Below are positions 9,504-17,163 of a DNA stretch of 64,000 nt, piece by piece. The notes beneath the pieces are model-generated. The model worked only from the letters and a program-made list of their open reading frames with translations. It was not told the DNA's origin and searched no databases. Made by a program: the position numbers and the translations under genes. Source of the DNA: an uncultured Pseudobdellovibrionaceae bacterium (lineage in GTDB: Bacteria; Bdellovibrionota; FAC87; UBA2466); assembly GCA_964604555.1 (NCBI GenBank), contig CAZRZK010000011.1, forward strand, positions 14,732 to 78,731, read 5' to 3'. How positions within the stretch are numbered: the first letter of the stretch is position 1; every line of letters starts with the position of its first letter.

Positions 9504-10123
9504 GTTTTCCGTCGTTGCGAGCCCCAAAGGGGCGAAGCAATCTTTTTATAGTCTTCAATTGTATCGATATCATTGAGTGTTTCGAGCAGTGCATAGGAAA
9601 TCTGGTGTTCTTTCAACTTTTCCACAGTCTGCTTTGCGACCCCAGAAGTACTCCAGGAAATTCCATCGAACAAAAATGGAAAGAATTTCTTCATCGCAAT
9701 AAGGTAATAGCCACCATCGGCAGCAGGTCCGATCACTACGTCACTGGAATCCAATAATGATTTTGTCTGCTCTAAAATTTTTGGAGTCAGTTCTATACAA
9801 TCAGTTCCAATGGCACATACTTTGGAGCCGGGAAATTTTTCAAAGCCAAATTTCAGACGAGATCCCAGGTCTCCATTGCACTGGGGGAGGTCTTTCGCAT
9901 TCGGTACGGTAAAAAGTTCTCTGTATTCTTCTTTTTGAAACTGAGAGTCCCAGTAATAAAGGATCTGAAATCCTTTGTTACTAATTGGCAGAAGCAATTT
10001 TTCGTTAATCCAATCGACCATCTCATGGTAGATCTGTGCTGCCTTTTCAGCTCCCACCGCTTTTGCGAGGCGGGTTTTCACAAAGCCAGGCTTAGGTGCT
10101 TTGAGAAAAACGATAACGGTCAT
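9500..10123 (-). CDS. DUF2064/TIGR04282-family glycosyltransferase-like protein
   Basis: The N-terminus (TVIVFLKAPKPGFVKTRLA) and the DGGYYLIA motif are typical of the DUF2064 nucleotidyltransferase/glycosyltransferase-like family. Confidence 0.5.
   Translation of the reverse strand: MTVIVFLKAPKPGFVKTRLAKAVGAEKAAQIYHEMVDWINEKLLLPISNKGFQILYYWDSQFQKEEYRELFTVPNAKDLPQCNGDLGSRLKFGFEKFPGSKVCAIGTDCIELTPKILEQTKSLLDSSDVVIGPAADGGYYLIAMKKFFPFLFDGISWSTSGVAKQTVEKLKEHQISYALLETLNDIDTIEDYKKIASPLWGSQRRKT
9511..9542 (+). repeat. REP-like hairpin element (TCGTTGCGAG-GCCCCAAAGGGGC-GAAGCAATC)
   Basis: An outer stem ATTGC/GCAAT and an inner GC stem GCCCC/GGGGC are followed by T-rich sequence. It is a member of a four-locus family in this window. 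It lies at the convergent 3' ends of the M23 peptidase and DUF2064 genes and encodes the last ~13 codons of the latter. Confidence 0.6.
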
Positions 10124-10767
10124 TATTTTTTTACTTTATTCCAGTCATTCAGGAAGGTCTGCAATCCAATGTCGGTCAGTGGGTGTTTGGCGAGTTGCTG
10201 CATTACTTTCAGGGGAAGGGTAACCACATGGGCACCCATCTTTGCCGAATCTAAAACATGGATGGGATGGCGAAGGCTAGCGACCAACACTTCCGTCTTA
10301 AATTCATATTGTTTGAAAATATGGACAATGTCCCTGGCTAATTGAATGCCATCTTGGGAGATGTCATCATGTCGTCCCACAAATGGGCTGACGTAAGCAG
10401 CTCCTGCTTTAGCGGCGAGCAGGGCTTGGATGGGTTGGAAGATGAGGGTGGTGTTGACCGGGATCCCTTCATCGCTCAGGCTTTTGATTGCTTTGAGCCC
10501 TTCCACGGTCATGGGAATTTTGACGACCACGTTGGATCCATATTTTCGGAGGTTTTTTCCCTCGGCGACCATCTCTTTGGCCTCGAGGCTGACTACTTCT
10601 AAACTCACCGGCCCCTTTACAAAGCTGCAGATCTCCTCGGCCACTTGCGCGAAAGGCTTACCTGCCTTGGCGATGAGGCTTGGATTGGTGGTAACCCCAT
10701 CTAATAACCCAAGACTATGGGCCTCTTTAATTTCAGAAATATCTGCCGAATCGATGAAAAAGCGCAT
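10123..10767 (-). CDS. tal: transaldolase / fructose-6-phosphate aldolase (short TalC/Fsa type)
   Basis: 214 aa with the [38 protein letters not shown]-terminus and the Schiff-base lysine region VVKIP. Confidence 0.85.
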   Translation of the reverse strand: MRFFIDSADISEIKEAHSLGLLDGVTTNPSLIAKAGKPFAQVAEEICSFVKGPVSLEVVSLEAKEMVAEGKNLRKYGSNVVVKIPMTVEGLKAIKSLSDEGIPVNTTLIFQPIQALLAAKAGAAYVSPFVGRHDDISQDGIQLARDIVHIFKQYEFKTEVLVASLRHPIHVLDSAKMGAHVVTLPLKVMQQLAKHPLTDIGLQTFLNDWNKVKK

Positions 10768-10849
10768 GAATTTGCTCCCGTTTCGGGAAATCTAGATCCC
10801 TAGCCTGAGCTTGACAATACAAAAGCTAAATTCATAAAATTCATCCCTT

Positions 10850-11797
10850 ATGATAGAGGTCAAAGAGCTCACTAAAAAATATGGCGATCGTGTTGCAGTG
10901 AACCGGATTTCCTTCTCAGTTAAGAAGGGGGAGATCTTAGGATTTTTAGGCCAAAACGGCGCGGGTAAAACCACCACCATGAAAATCCTTACCGGCTTTA
11001 TGTCGGCGAGCAGTGGTTCGGCGAGTGTGGCCGGGTTTGATGTTTTTGATCACCCCATGGAGGTGAAAAGAAGGGTGGGATATCTTCCAGAAACCCCCCC
11101 TGTCTATCCAGAGCTCTTAGTGAGCGAATACCTCAATTTTGTAGCCGATTTGAGAGGGGTGCCAAAAGCCCAACGCACCCAAAAAATCGATAACGCGGTA
11201 CAGAAATGCCAGCTTGGGGATGTCCGCAACCGTTTAATCGGGAACCTTTCTAAAGGATACCGGCAGCGGGTAGGGCTGGCCCAAGCCATTTTGCATGAAC
11301 CTGAAGTTTTGATTCTGGACGAACCGACTGTGGGTTTAGATCCCAAGCAGGTGAGTGAAGCCCGAAACCTGATCAAATCTTTTAAGGATGCCCATACGGT
11401 TATTTATAGCACCCACATCCTATCCGAAGTGGCAGCAACCTGTGATCGCATCATTATTATCGATAAGGGAAACATTGTGGCCCAAGAGGCGATCAATAGC
11501 ATGGGAGCCACTGGAACCACGGCGAAAACCGAATTGGTAGTCCAAAAGATGGATGAGTCCCTGGTCGGACAGATTCGGGCGATTTCTGGAGTAAAAAATA
11601 TTCATACCATTGCGAATGGGACGAACCGCCTCGTAGTGGAGTCCGATGCGAGTGAGCAGATCATGACTCAGATTTCAAAAGCGGTGGTGAATGCCAATGC
11701 GGGTCTCATTCGGATGAGTCCGGTGCAATTGGCGCTCGAGGAATATTATCTAGATCTGATTCGCGGTGGTCGGATCGGAAAAGGGAGTAATTTATGA
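10850..11797 (+). CDS. gldA: ABC transporter ATP-binding protein, GldA-like
   Basis: Walker A GQNGAGKTT, signature LSKGYRQRVGLAQA and Walker B ILDEP. It is followed by ABC-2 permease and GldG-like genes. Confidence 0.7.
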   Translation: MIEVKELTKKYGDRVAVNRISFSVKKGEILGFLGQNGAGKTTTMKILTGFMSASSGSASVAGFDVFDHPMEVKRRVGYLPETPPVYPELLVSEYLNFVADLRGVPKAQRTQKIDNAVQKCQLGDVRNRLIGNLSKGYRQRVGLAQAILHEPEVLILDEPTVGLDPKQVSEARNLIKSFKDAHTVIYSTHILSEVAATCDRIIIIDKGNIVAQEAINSMGATGTTAKTELVVQKMDESLVGQIRAISGVKNIHTIANGTNRLVVESDASEQIMTQISKAVVNANAGLIRMSPVQLALEEYYLDLIRGGRIGKGSNL

Positions 11798-12579
11798 GAG
11801 GAATGTGTGCCATCGTAAAGAAAGAGCTGCGCTGCTATTTCTACTCTCCCGCAGCCTATATCATTATCGGAGTCTTTGTCTTTTTCATGGGGATCGTTTT
11901 CACGAAATTCGTGGCGATCTATCAGCAGTACAACATGGCCCAACGATTTGGTGGAGGAGGTGGAATTACCTTAGATAAGGTGGCCACCTATCTCTACCAA
12001 AATATGGCATTTTGGATGTGTCTATTGGCACCCTTTTTAACGATGCGCCTTTTTGCCGAAGAGAAACGGCAGCAGACCTTTGAACTGCTCTTCACCTCTC
12101 CCGTCAGAATCGGGGAGATGGTATTAGGTAAGTTCCTTTCGGCGTTTATTCTGACGTTAGCGATGATGGCTGTTTCCTTCGTTTATGTTCTTTTCATGGT
12201 CCTCTGGGGAACTCCAGATATTGCGATCATCGGCACCACCTATATTGGATTGGTCCTTTCTGTTGGGTGTTATATAGCAATCGGAACGCTCATCTCTTCA
12301 CTCACAGCCAGCCAAGCGATCGCAGCCGTGTTGACCATTATTACTTTAATCTTTTTGTGGCTCCTTCAATCTTTAGCGCAAGGAATGACTGCTAAATTGG
12401 AAACTCCATTGGGTACCATCGAATGGGGCCCAACGTTGAACTATCTTTCGCCTCTGAGCCACTTCACCAGTTTTTCGGAAGGTTTGATCCATGCAAAGGA
12501 TCTGGTCTATTTTGCTTCCTTCCTAGCTCTGATGCTCTTTTTCACGCATCGAGTGATTGAAAGTAATCGCTGGAGATAA
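11794..12579 (+). CDS. gldF: ABC-2 family permease, GldF-like
   Basis: Six-TM hydrophobic protein with a 4-bp overlap with the upstream ATPase gene. It has the ABC-2 permease pattern. Confidence 0.6.
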   Translation: MRGMCAIVKKELRCYFYSPAAYIIIGVFVFFMGIVFTKFVAIYQQYNMAQRFGGGGGITLDKVATYLYQNMAFWMCLLAPFLTMRLFAEEKRQQTFELLFTSPVRIGEMVLGKFLSAFILTLAMMAVSFVYVLFMVLWGTPDIAIIGTTYIGLVLSVGCYIAIGTLISSLTASQAIAAVLTIITLIFLWLLQSLAQGMTAKLETPLGTIEWGPTLNYLSPLSHFTSFSEGLIHAKDLVYFASFLALMLFFTHRVIESNRWR

Positions 12580-12585
12580 AAATTT

Positions 12586-14187
12586 ATGAAAACACGATGG
12601 ATGCTCCTCGCTTCGATAGTTTTATTGGTTGTCTCGGGTATTTCGGCCTATCTCTTCGGGTTTGTCCCCTGGATGTGGCAAGCTTCGCTCGGTTTAGGCG
12701 TGGCTCTTCTATTGGGATATCTTTTTACGCAACGGAGTTTTTATAAAGAATCGTTAGGGAAGAAAACGACCCAATATGGATTGAATTCAATTGTGATGGC
12801 AGTGCTCGCTACGGGCGTCTTTGCAATGATCAACACCATTGTTGCTCAGCACGATCTCAAGAAGGATTTTACAAAAAATAAACTCCATACCCTTTCTGAT
12901 CAGACGGTAAAGGTGCTTCAAGGCTTAAAGAGCGAAGTGGTGTTAAAAGCCTTTGTCGAGGTGAATCAGCTCCAGGCCTTCGATGCAGTGCTTTCGAAAT
13001 ACACCTACCTTTCCAAGCTGGTGAAACGGGAGTTTGTCGACGCCGATAAAGATCCAATGCTCGCCAAGCAATATAAAATAAAACAAGAGGGGGTCATCAT
13101 CGTTGAGAGCCAGAACCGCAGCTCTCGCATTGAAAATGTGTTTGGCCCGGATGATCCCAAGATCGAAGAGAAAATCACCAACGCCATCATCTCGGTTTCT
13201 AAAGGAGAGAAGAAAAAGGTCTATTTCATTACCGGCCATGGTGAAAAGCTAGTTTCTGACAACGGTCGTGAAGGCTTTTCCGATGTGAAAGAAGCCCTGG
13301 GAAGTTCTCTCTATCAAGTCGAAGAACTCCTCATCGTTGATAAGGAGAAAATCCCTGCCGATGCCGAAGTGGTTGTGCTCGCGGGGCCAAAATCGGATTT
13401 AATGGAGCATGAACTCAAGATGCTGGAGAGTTACGTGCTTGCGGGAGGAAAACTTTTTGTGATGGTGGAACCGAATGGGACTCCCAGCTTAAAAGGATTC
13501 CTCGCGAAGTTTGGTGCCGATTGGAAGGTAAAGAAAACTATCTTTGAAACCAATCGCCTTCAACAATTGGCCGGAGGCAATCCACTTACTCCCGTTGTGA
13601 CTACCTACACCCCCGGTCATCAGATCACCCAAGAGGCAAAACAGATGACGATCTTTGCGATTGCTACGCCAATCGAAAAGGCTGCCACCACTCCAAATGG
13701 ATATAAAGTGGAATCCCTCTTTTCGACCAGTCCTCGCAGCTTAGAAGTGGAGATGCAGGGGGATAAGGTAAAGGTAAATGAAAAGACCGATCGCAAAGGG
13801 CCCATCTCTTTAGCTCTCGCAATCTCTGGAAAGGCAATCGTTCCCGGAGCAAAACCGGAAGCCAAAACCCAAGATAAAGAAGACAAGAAACCAGGAGAAG
13901 AGGAAAAGAAAGAACAGGAATTTCGCCTCTTAGTCGTGGGCGACACCGACTTCGGAAGCAACAATCTACGTCGATTCGGCATGAACGCCGATCTGTTTCA
14001 GAATATGGTGAGCTGGCTGTCGAAGGATGAAGACTTGATCTCCATCCGTCCGAAACCAACCAATACCAGCGAGTGGGAGATCACCGAAGAGCGGTTCCGT
14101 ATCATCAACTTGGCGTCCATTTGGATTATGCCTCCGATGATGTTTATTGCGGGATTAGTGGTGTGGCTTACACGTCGTCGGAAATAA
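12586..14187 (+). CDS. gldG: GldG-like ABC transporter auxiliary component
   Basis: 533 aa with N- and C-terminal TM anchors and a large periplasmic domain, matching the GldG family architecture. It follows the gldA/gldF-like genes. Confidence 0.55.
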   Translation: MKTRWMLLASIVLLVVSGISAYLFGFVPWMWQASLGLGVALLLGYLFTQRSFYKESLGKKTTQYGLNSIVMAVLATGVFAMINTIVAQHDLKKDFTKNKLHTLSDQTVKVLQGLKSEVVLKAFVEVNQLQAFDAVLSKYTYLSKLVKREFVDADKDPMLAKQYKIKQEGVIIVESQNRSSRIENVFGPDDPKIEEKITNAIISVSKGEKKKVYFITGHGEKLVSDNGREGFSDVKEALGSSLYQVEELLIVDKEKIPADAEVVVLAGPKSDLMEHELKMLESYVLAGGKLFVMVEPNGTPSLKGFLAKFGADWKVKKTIFETNRLQQLAGGNPLTPVVTTYTPGHQITQEAKQMTIFAIATPIEKAATTPNGYKVESLFSTSPRSLEVEMQGDKVKVNEKTDRKGPISLALAISGKAIVPGAKPEAKTQDKEDKKPGEEEKKEQEFRLLVVGDTDFGSNNLRRFGMNADLFQNMVSWLSKDEDLISIRPKPTNTSEWEITEERFRIINLASIWIMPPMMFIAGLVVWLTRRRK

Positions 14188-14557
14188 CAGAATAGCGATC
14201 CTGTCCATAATCAGGCGAGAGCACAACCCATTCTTTTTCTGTAGTGGCTGGAAGAAACTTACCATTTGCCACAAAATAGACTGGCTTATTCAATGCGGTC
14301 CAAAATGCTCTAAGCGTTGCATAAGCAATCCGAAGACCCGTGTAACTACCCGGTCCAAGGGGAGCTACAAATCCATCGAGCTCTTCGAGTTTCAGCCCAC
14401 TTTGATTTAAGGCATTCTCAATTTCCGATAACAACAACTCCGAATGTTTCATTGCAGCTGGGTAATGGTGAACTTGTGCGGATGATGGGATCTCTAAGGA
14501 AGAAAGGATAGCAATCTTTCCTACCTGCTCAGTAAGATCTAGCCAGAGATAATGCAT
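14168..14557 (-). CDS. tsaB: TsaB/YeaZ-like protein (short; possibly truncated tRNA t6A biosynthesis partner)
   Basis: The LWLDLT...GKIAILS...LDGFVAPLGPGSYTGLRIAYATLRAF pattern matches the TsaB N-domain. The ORF is only 129 aa. Its 3' end overlaps gldG by 20 bp. Confidence 0.45.
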   Translation of the reverse strand: MHYLWLDLTEQVGKIAILSSLEIPSSAQVHHYPAAMKHSELLLSEIENALNQSGLKLEELDGFVAPLGPGSYTGLRIAYATLRAFWTALNKPVYFVANGKFLPATTEKEWVVLSPDYGQDRYSVISDDV

Positions 14558-14666
14558 CGGAGGGGTGTTCTAGCAAGATTCGAGGGGTTCGTCCACTTTC
14601 AAGGTAATCATGCTAATTGGCTGAGTGGAGAGGGAGCTCATCTGCTACCTATGCTAAAATAATTGA

Positions 14667-15200
14667 ATGAAATATTCGAAATGGCGGTATCAAATCTATT
14701 TAATAGGAGTGGTACTGGGTTTTTTGGTTCCATGTTATGGATCGCGTCAAATTATGGTGCCTATCGATCAGAACCTGGGGTTTCATGATCAAGCAGGTGA
14801 AAGAGTTGTCCTAACCTGTACCCTTACCAATCCCTCTTCATTATCACAGTCGATTAAGATCGAGTATTCAGAGGTTGCCGCATCAGAAACATATGCAGGC
14901 TCCTATCAGGGAACGAAAACGACAGCAGTTACTGGCGTCTCTCTGCCTGCAGCAACGGCCACCTCAATCGCACACTACAACTTTGGCTTTAACAAATCAG
15001 CACCAGGAACAACGGGAGGGGATGGATACAGCGCCTCACCCTATTTTTGGATCGCGGGAGCGCCCGCTCAATTATGGATTACGGTTAGTGAAGACGAGGG
15101 GTATGTAACGGGTTCATGTCGAAATTTCTGGCAAGGGTCTGGAACGGGGACTCCTTTCCTTCCCGCTTCCGTTTCCATGAATGGGGGACGTCCCTTCTAA
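14667..15200 (+). CDS. hypothetical secreted protein
   Basis: N-terminal TM/signal segment. The protein is G/S/T-rich with no recognisable domain. Confidence 0.35.
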   Translation: MKYSKWRYQIYLIGVVLGFLVPCYGSRQIMVPIDQNLGFHDQAGERVVLTCTLTNPSSLSQSIKIEYSEVAASETYAGSYQGTKTTAVTGVSLPAATATSIAHYNFGFNKSAPGTTGGDGYSASPYFWIAGAPAQLWITVSEDEGYVTGSCRNFWQGSGTGTPFLPASVSMNGGRPF

Positions 15201-15204
15201 ATGG

Positions 15205-15480
15205 CTCTACCTTGTAAAGGGAAAAACCTCTTATCGTGATCAGCGAAGGGACGGCGCAGTAACCTTAGGACCGACCGGGCGAGGGGGAGCCCGATCTGGG
15301 ATTCGATTCGGGGGGTGTCCGTCAATTAACGAGCGCCATACCCTTCACTAACCAAATTTTCTGTAATGCCAGCTGAAAGCCAGGGCTGCTATCTAGGGGT
15401 GTCTCACAGTCCTAGTTTAGCTCCATGCCCCAAAAGGCTGCAATAAACAGTCTGTATACACCCCTTCAAAATAAGGCTTA
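15205..15480. ncRNA. candidate structured non-coding RNA (unassigned; weak tmRNA-5'-domain-like motif)
   Basis: 276-bp GC-rich segment with no ORF in any frame. It contains GGGGGAGCCCGAUCUGGGAUUCGAUUCGGGGGG, which resembles the tmRNA 5' acceptor/D-analog region (GGGGCUGAUUCUGGAUUCGAC), and many short complementary segments. No CCA-terminal T-arm or tag ORF could be located by eye. Confidence 0.25.
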
Positions 15481-15481
15481 A

Positions 15482-15778
15482 TTGCTTAGGTTCATTGCAT
15501 TTTCCTCAATTTTGAATTTTTATGTCTGTCCAATGTTTGAGCAACATAAAGTCATTCTTAGCTTGAAGAACGAGGAGGTCGAGCTGACTGCATTCCATGG
15601 AGAGGTGTTACGCGAGTTGCTCATAAAGAGCGGTTATTCTCCCCACCGCGATCATTTTCTGCTACTCAACTGCCGTGGGAATGGAATCTGCGGTTCCTGC
15701 AAAGTGATGATTGATGGAAAAGAAGATCGTTCCTGCCAAGTGAAGTGTTACCGTGATTTGAAAATAAGAATCGATTGA
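15482..15778 (+). CDS. small Cys-rich ferredoxin-like protein (2Fe-2S-like CxxGxCGxC)
   Basis: The CRGNGICGSCKV motif plus two further Cys suggest a beta-grasp ferredoxin-like fold. The start is more likely the internal ATG at 15533 (MFEQHK...). Confidence 0.4.
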   Translation: MLRFIAFSSILNFYVCPMFEQHKVILSLKNEEVELTAFHGEVLRELLIKSGYSPHRDHFLLLNCRGNGICGSCKVMIDGKEDRSCQVKCYRDLKIRID

Positions 15779-15825
15779 CATCGTAAGCCCTTCCCTGCTT
15801 TTTATAAGTACTTGGGGAGGGGTAT

Positions 15826-16473
15826 ATGCGTTTCATTCAATTTTTTTCATTTTTTCTTTTAACTTCATTTTCATTTGCGAAAACTTCGAGTTCATCGTTA
15901 TCGCTACAGGATGATCTCTTTAAAGCTCAAAATAAAGGTTTGAGGGCAACTCAGGAACTCCGCAGCACTCAACTGCAATTGGATCGGGCGAAGTTTGTGT
16001 TGGAAATGGAAACCAATCTTTTTAATCATGGAGCAGGCTCATACTTTGGTTACTCCCAAGCCCTGGTGGAGTGGGTTCGGAAACTTTATGAAGTTGAAAG
16101 AGCCAATAATTGGAAAAAGGAAGCTGAGATAGAAGAGAAGGTCTATCGGATGCGGCTCGATTGGGAACAAGGTGTGAAAGAAGAAAATGTCCTGGAGCTG
16201 GGGCAACTTTACGTCAATTTAAGAAAAGAGCAGCTTCTTCTCATGAGGTCCTTGGCAGAGTCCACTAAGGTTCCCGTCGTTGAATTAAAAACCCAATGGG
16301 AGAAGATTGCCGAGCTGACTCATAATGGTTCTGCAAGCAAGAATGAATTGAGCATCGCTAAATTGAATTATGACGAAGCGATTGCCATCCAGAAAACGGC
16401 CGGTGAAGGAGTTATTTTGGCTGAAAAGCAGCTGGCCGAAGCGATTGCCGCGGTTGAAGGCGGAAAAAAGTAA
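15826..16473 (+). CDS. hypothetical secreted coiled-coil protein
   Basis: Signal peptide (MRFIQFFSFFLLTSFSFA), then a heptad-rich charged sequence. Confidence 0.4.
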   Translation: MRFIQFFSFFLLTSFSFAKTSSSSLSLQDDLFKAQNKGLRATQELRSTQLQLDRAKFVLEMETNLFNHGAGSYFGYSQALVEWVRKLYEVERANNWKKEAEIEEKVYRMRLDWEQGVKEENVLELGQLYVNLRKEQLLLMRSLAESTKVPVVELKTQWEKIAELTHNGSASKNELSIAKLNYDEAIAIQKTAGEGVILAEKQLAEAIAAVEGGKK

Positions 16474-16497
16474 CGCCAGTAAGGCATTGGTGTCCCG

Positions 16498-17163
16498 ATG
16501 AAATCCTATTCCATCACACGTCAAGGGAAGCGCTCCGAAAATCAAGATTCCTATTTCTGTGATGATAAGAATGGAATCTACGCCGTTGCCGATGGGGTCG
16601 GCGGTGGCGAGCTCGGAGATGTCGCCTCTCAGCTGGCAATCCAACTTTTTTCGGAAGGGGCGTCTCAGGGGCAACCCTTTGTCGAGGTTTGGGCTAGGAT
16701 TCACGAAGCGGTGACGAAAGCTTCATTCGAAAGGTTTAATGAACCGGTAATGGGCACCACCCTCACCGGGATTTCGATCGAGGGGTCTCAGGTCAAGATT
16801 GGTCATATCGGCGATACGCGTCTCTATGTTTACCAAGAAGGCTTATTGCGTCAGTTGACGCACGATCAAGAATCCTATGATGAACGATCAGGGCATACCG
16901 TACTCATGTCATTTCTCGGAATGGACAGCCGCCACTTTCAGATTGAGATCGTCGAAGACAGCTTCATTTTAGAACCCAAAGATAAGCTTCTTCTGTGCAG
17001 CGACGGTCTTTCCAAGCAGCTCAGCGAGATTACCATGTCTGGAATTATTAAGAGCTATGAAGCGCAACCTCAGCAGTTGGTTGAAATGCTGGCAAATCGA
17101 GCCGAGATCCATGAGCAATCGGATAATGTGACGCTGATTTGGGTGGAGCCTTTTTCAATATAG
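16498..17163 (+). CDS. PP2C-family Ser/Thr phosphatase (second copy)
   Basis: ADGVGGGELGDVAS, GTTL, GDTR, CSDGL and DNVTLIWVE motifs. Confidence 0.75.
   Translation: MKSYSITRQGKRSENQDSYFCDDKNGIYAVADGVGGGELGDVASQLAIQLFSEGASQGQPFVEVWARIHEAVTKASFERFNEPVMGTTLTGISIEGSQVKIGHIGDTRLYVYQEGLLRQLTHDQESYDERSGHTVLMSFLGMDSRHFQIEIVEDSFILEPKDKLLLCSDGLSKQLSEITMSGIIKSYEAQPQQLVEMLANRAEIHEQSDNVTLIWVEPFSI

Noticed and set aside
8633-9757. ORFs 8633..9049 and 9095..9757 (+), Arg/Cys-rich translations
   Set aside because: They lie in alternative frames inside the M23 peptidase and DUF2064 genes, have low-complexity Arg-rich composition typical of out-of-frame GC-rich translation, and no motifs.
12869-14059. Minus-strand ORFs inside gldG (12869..13057, 12943..13239, 13005..13190, 13620..13982, 13664..14059)
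   Set aside because: They are antisense to a well-supported 533-aa GldG-like gene and have no features.
15282-15480. Definitive call of ssrA (tmRNA)
   Set aside because: Only the 5' GGAUUCGA(U/C) region resembles tmRNA. I could not find the T-arm/CCA 3' end or a credible tag reading frame ending in a hydrophobic ALAA-like tail. I kept it only as a low-confidence ncRNA candidate.
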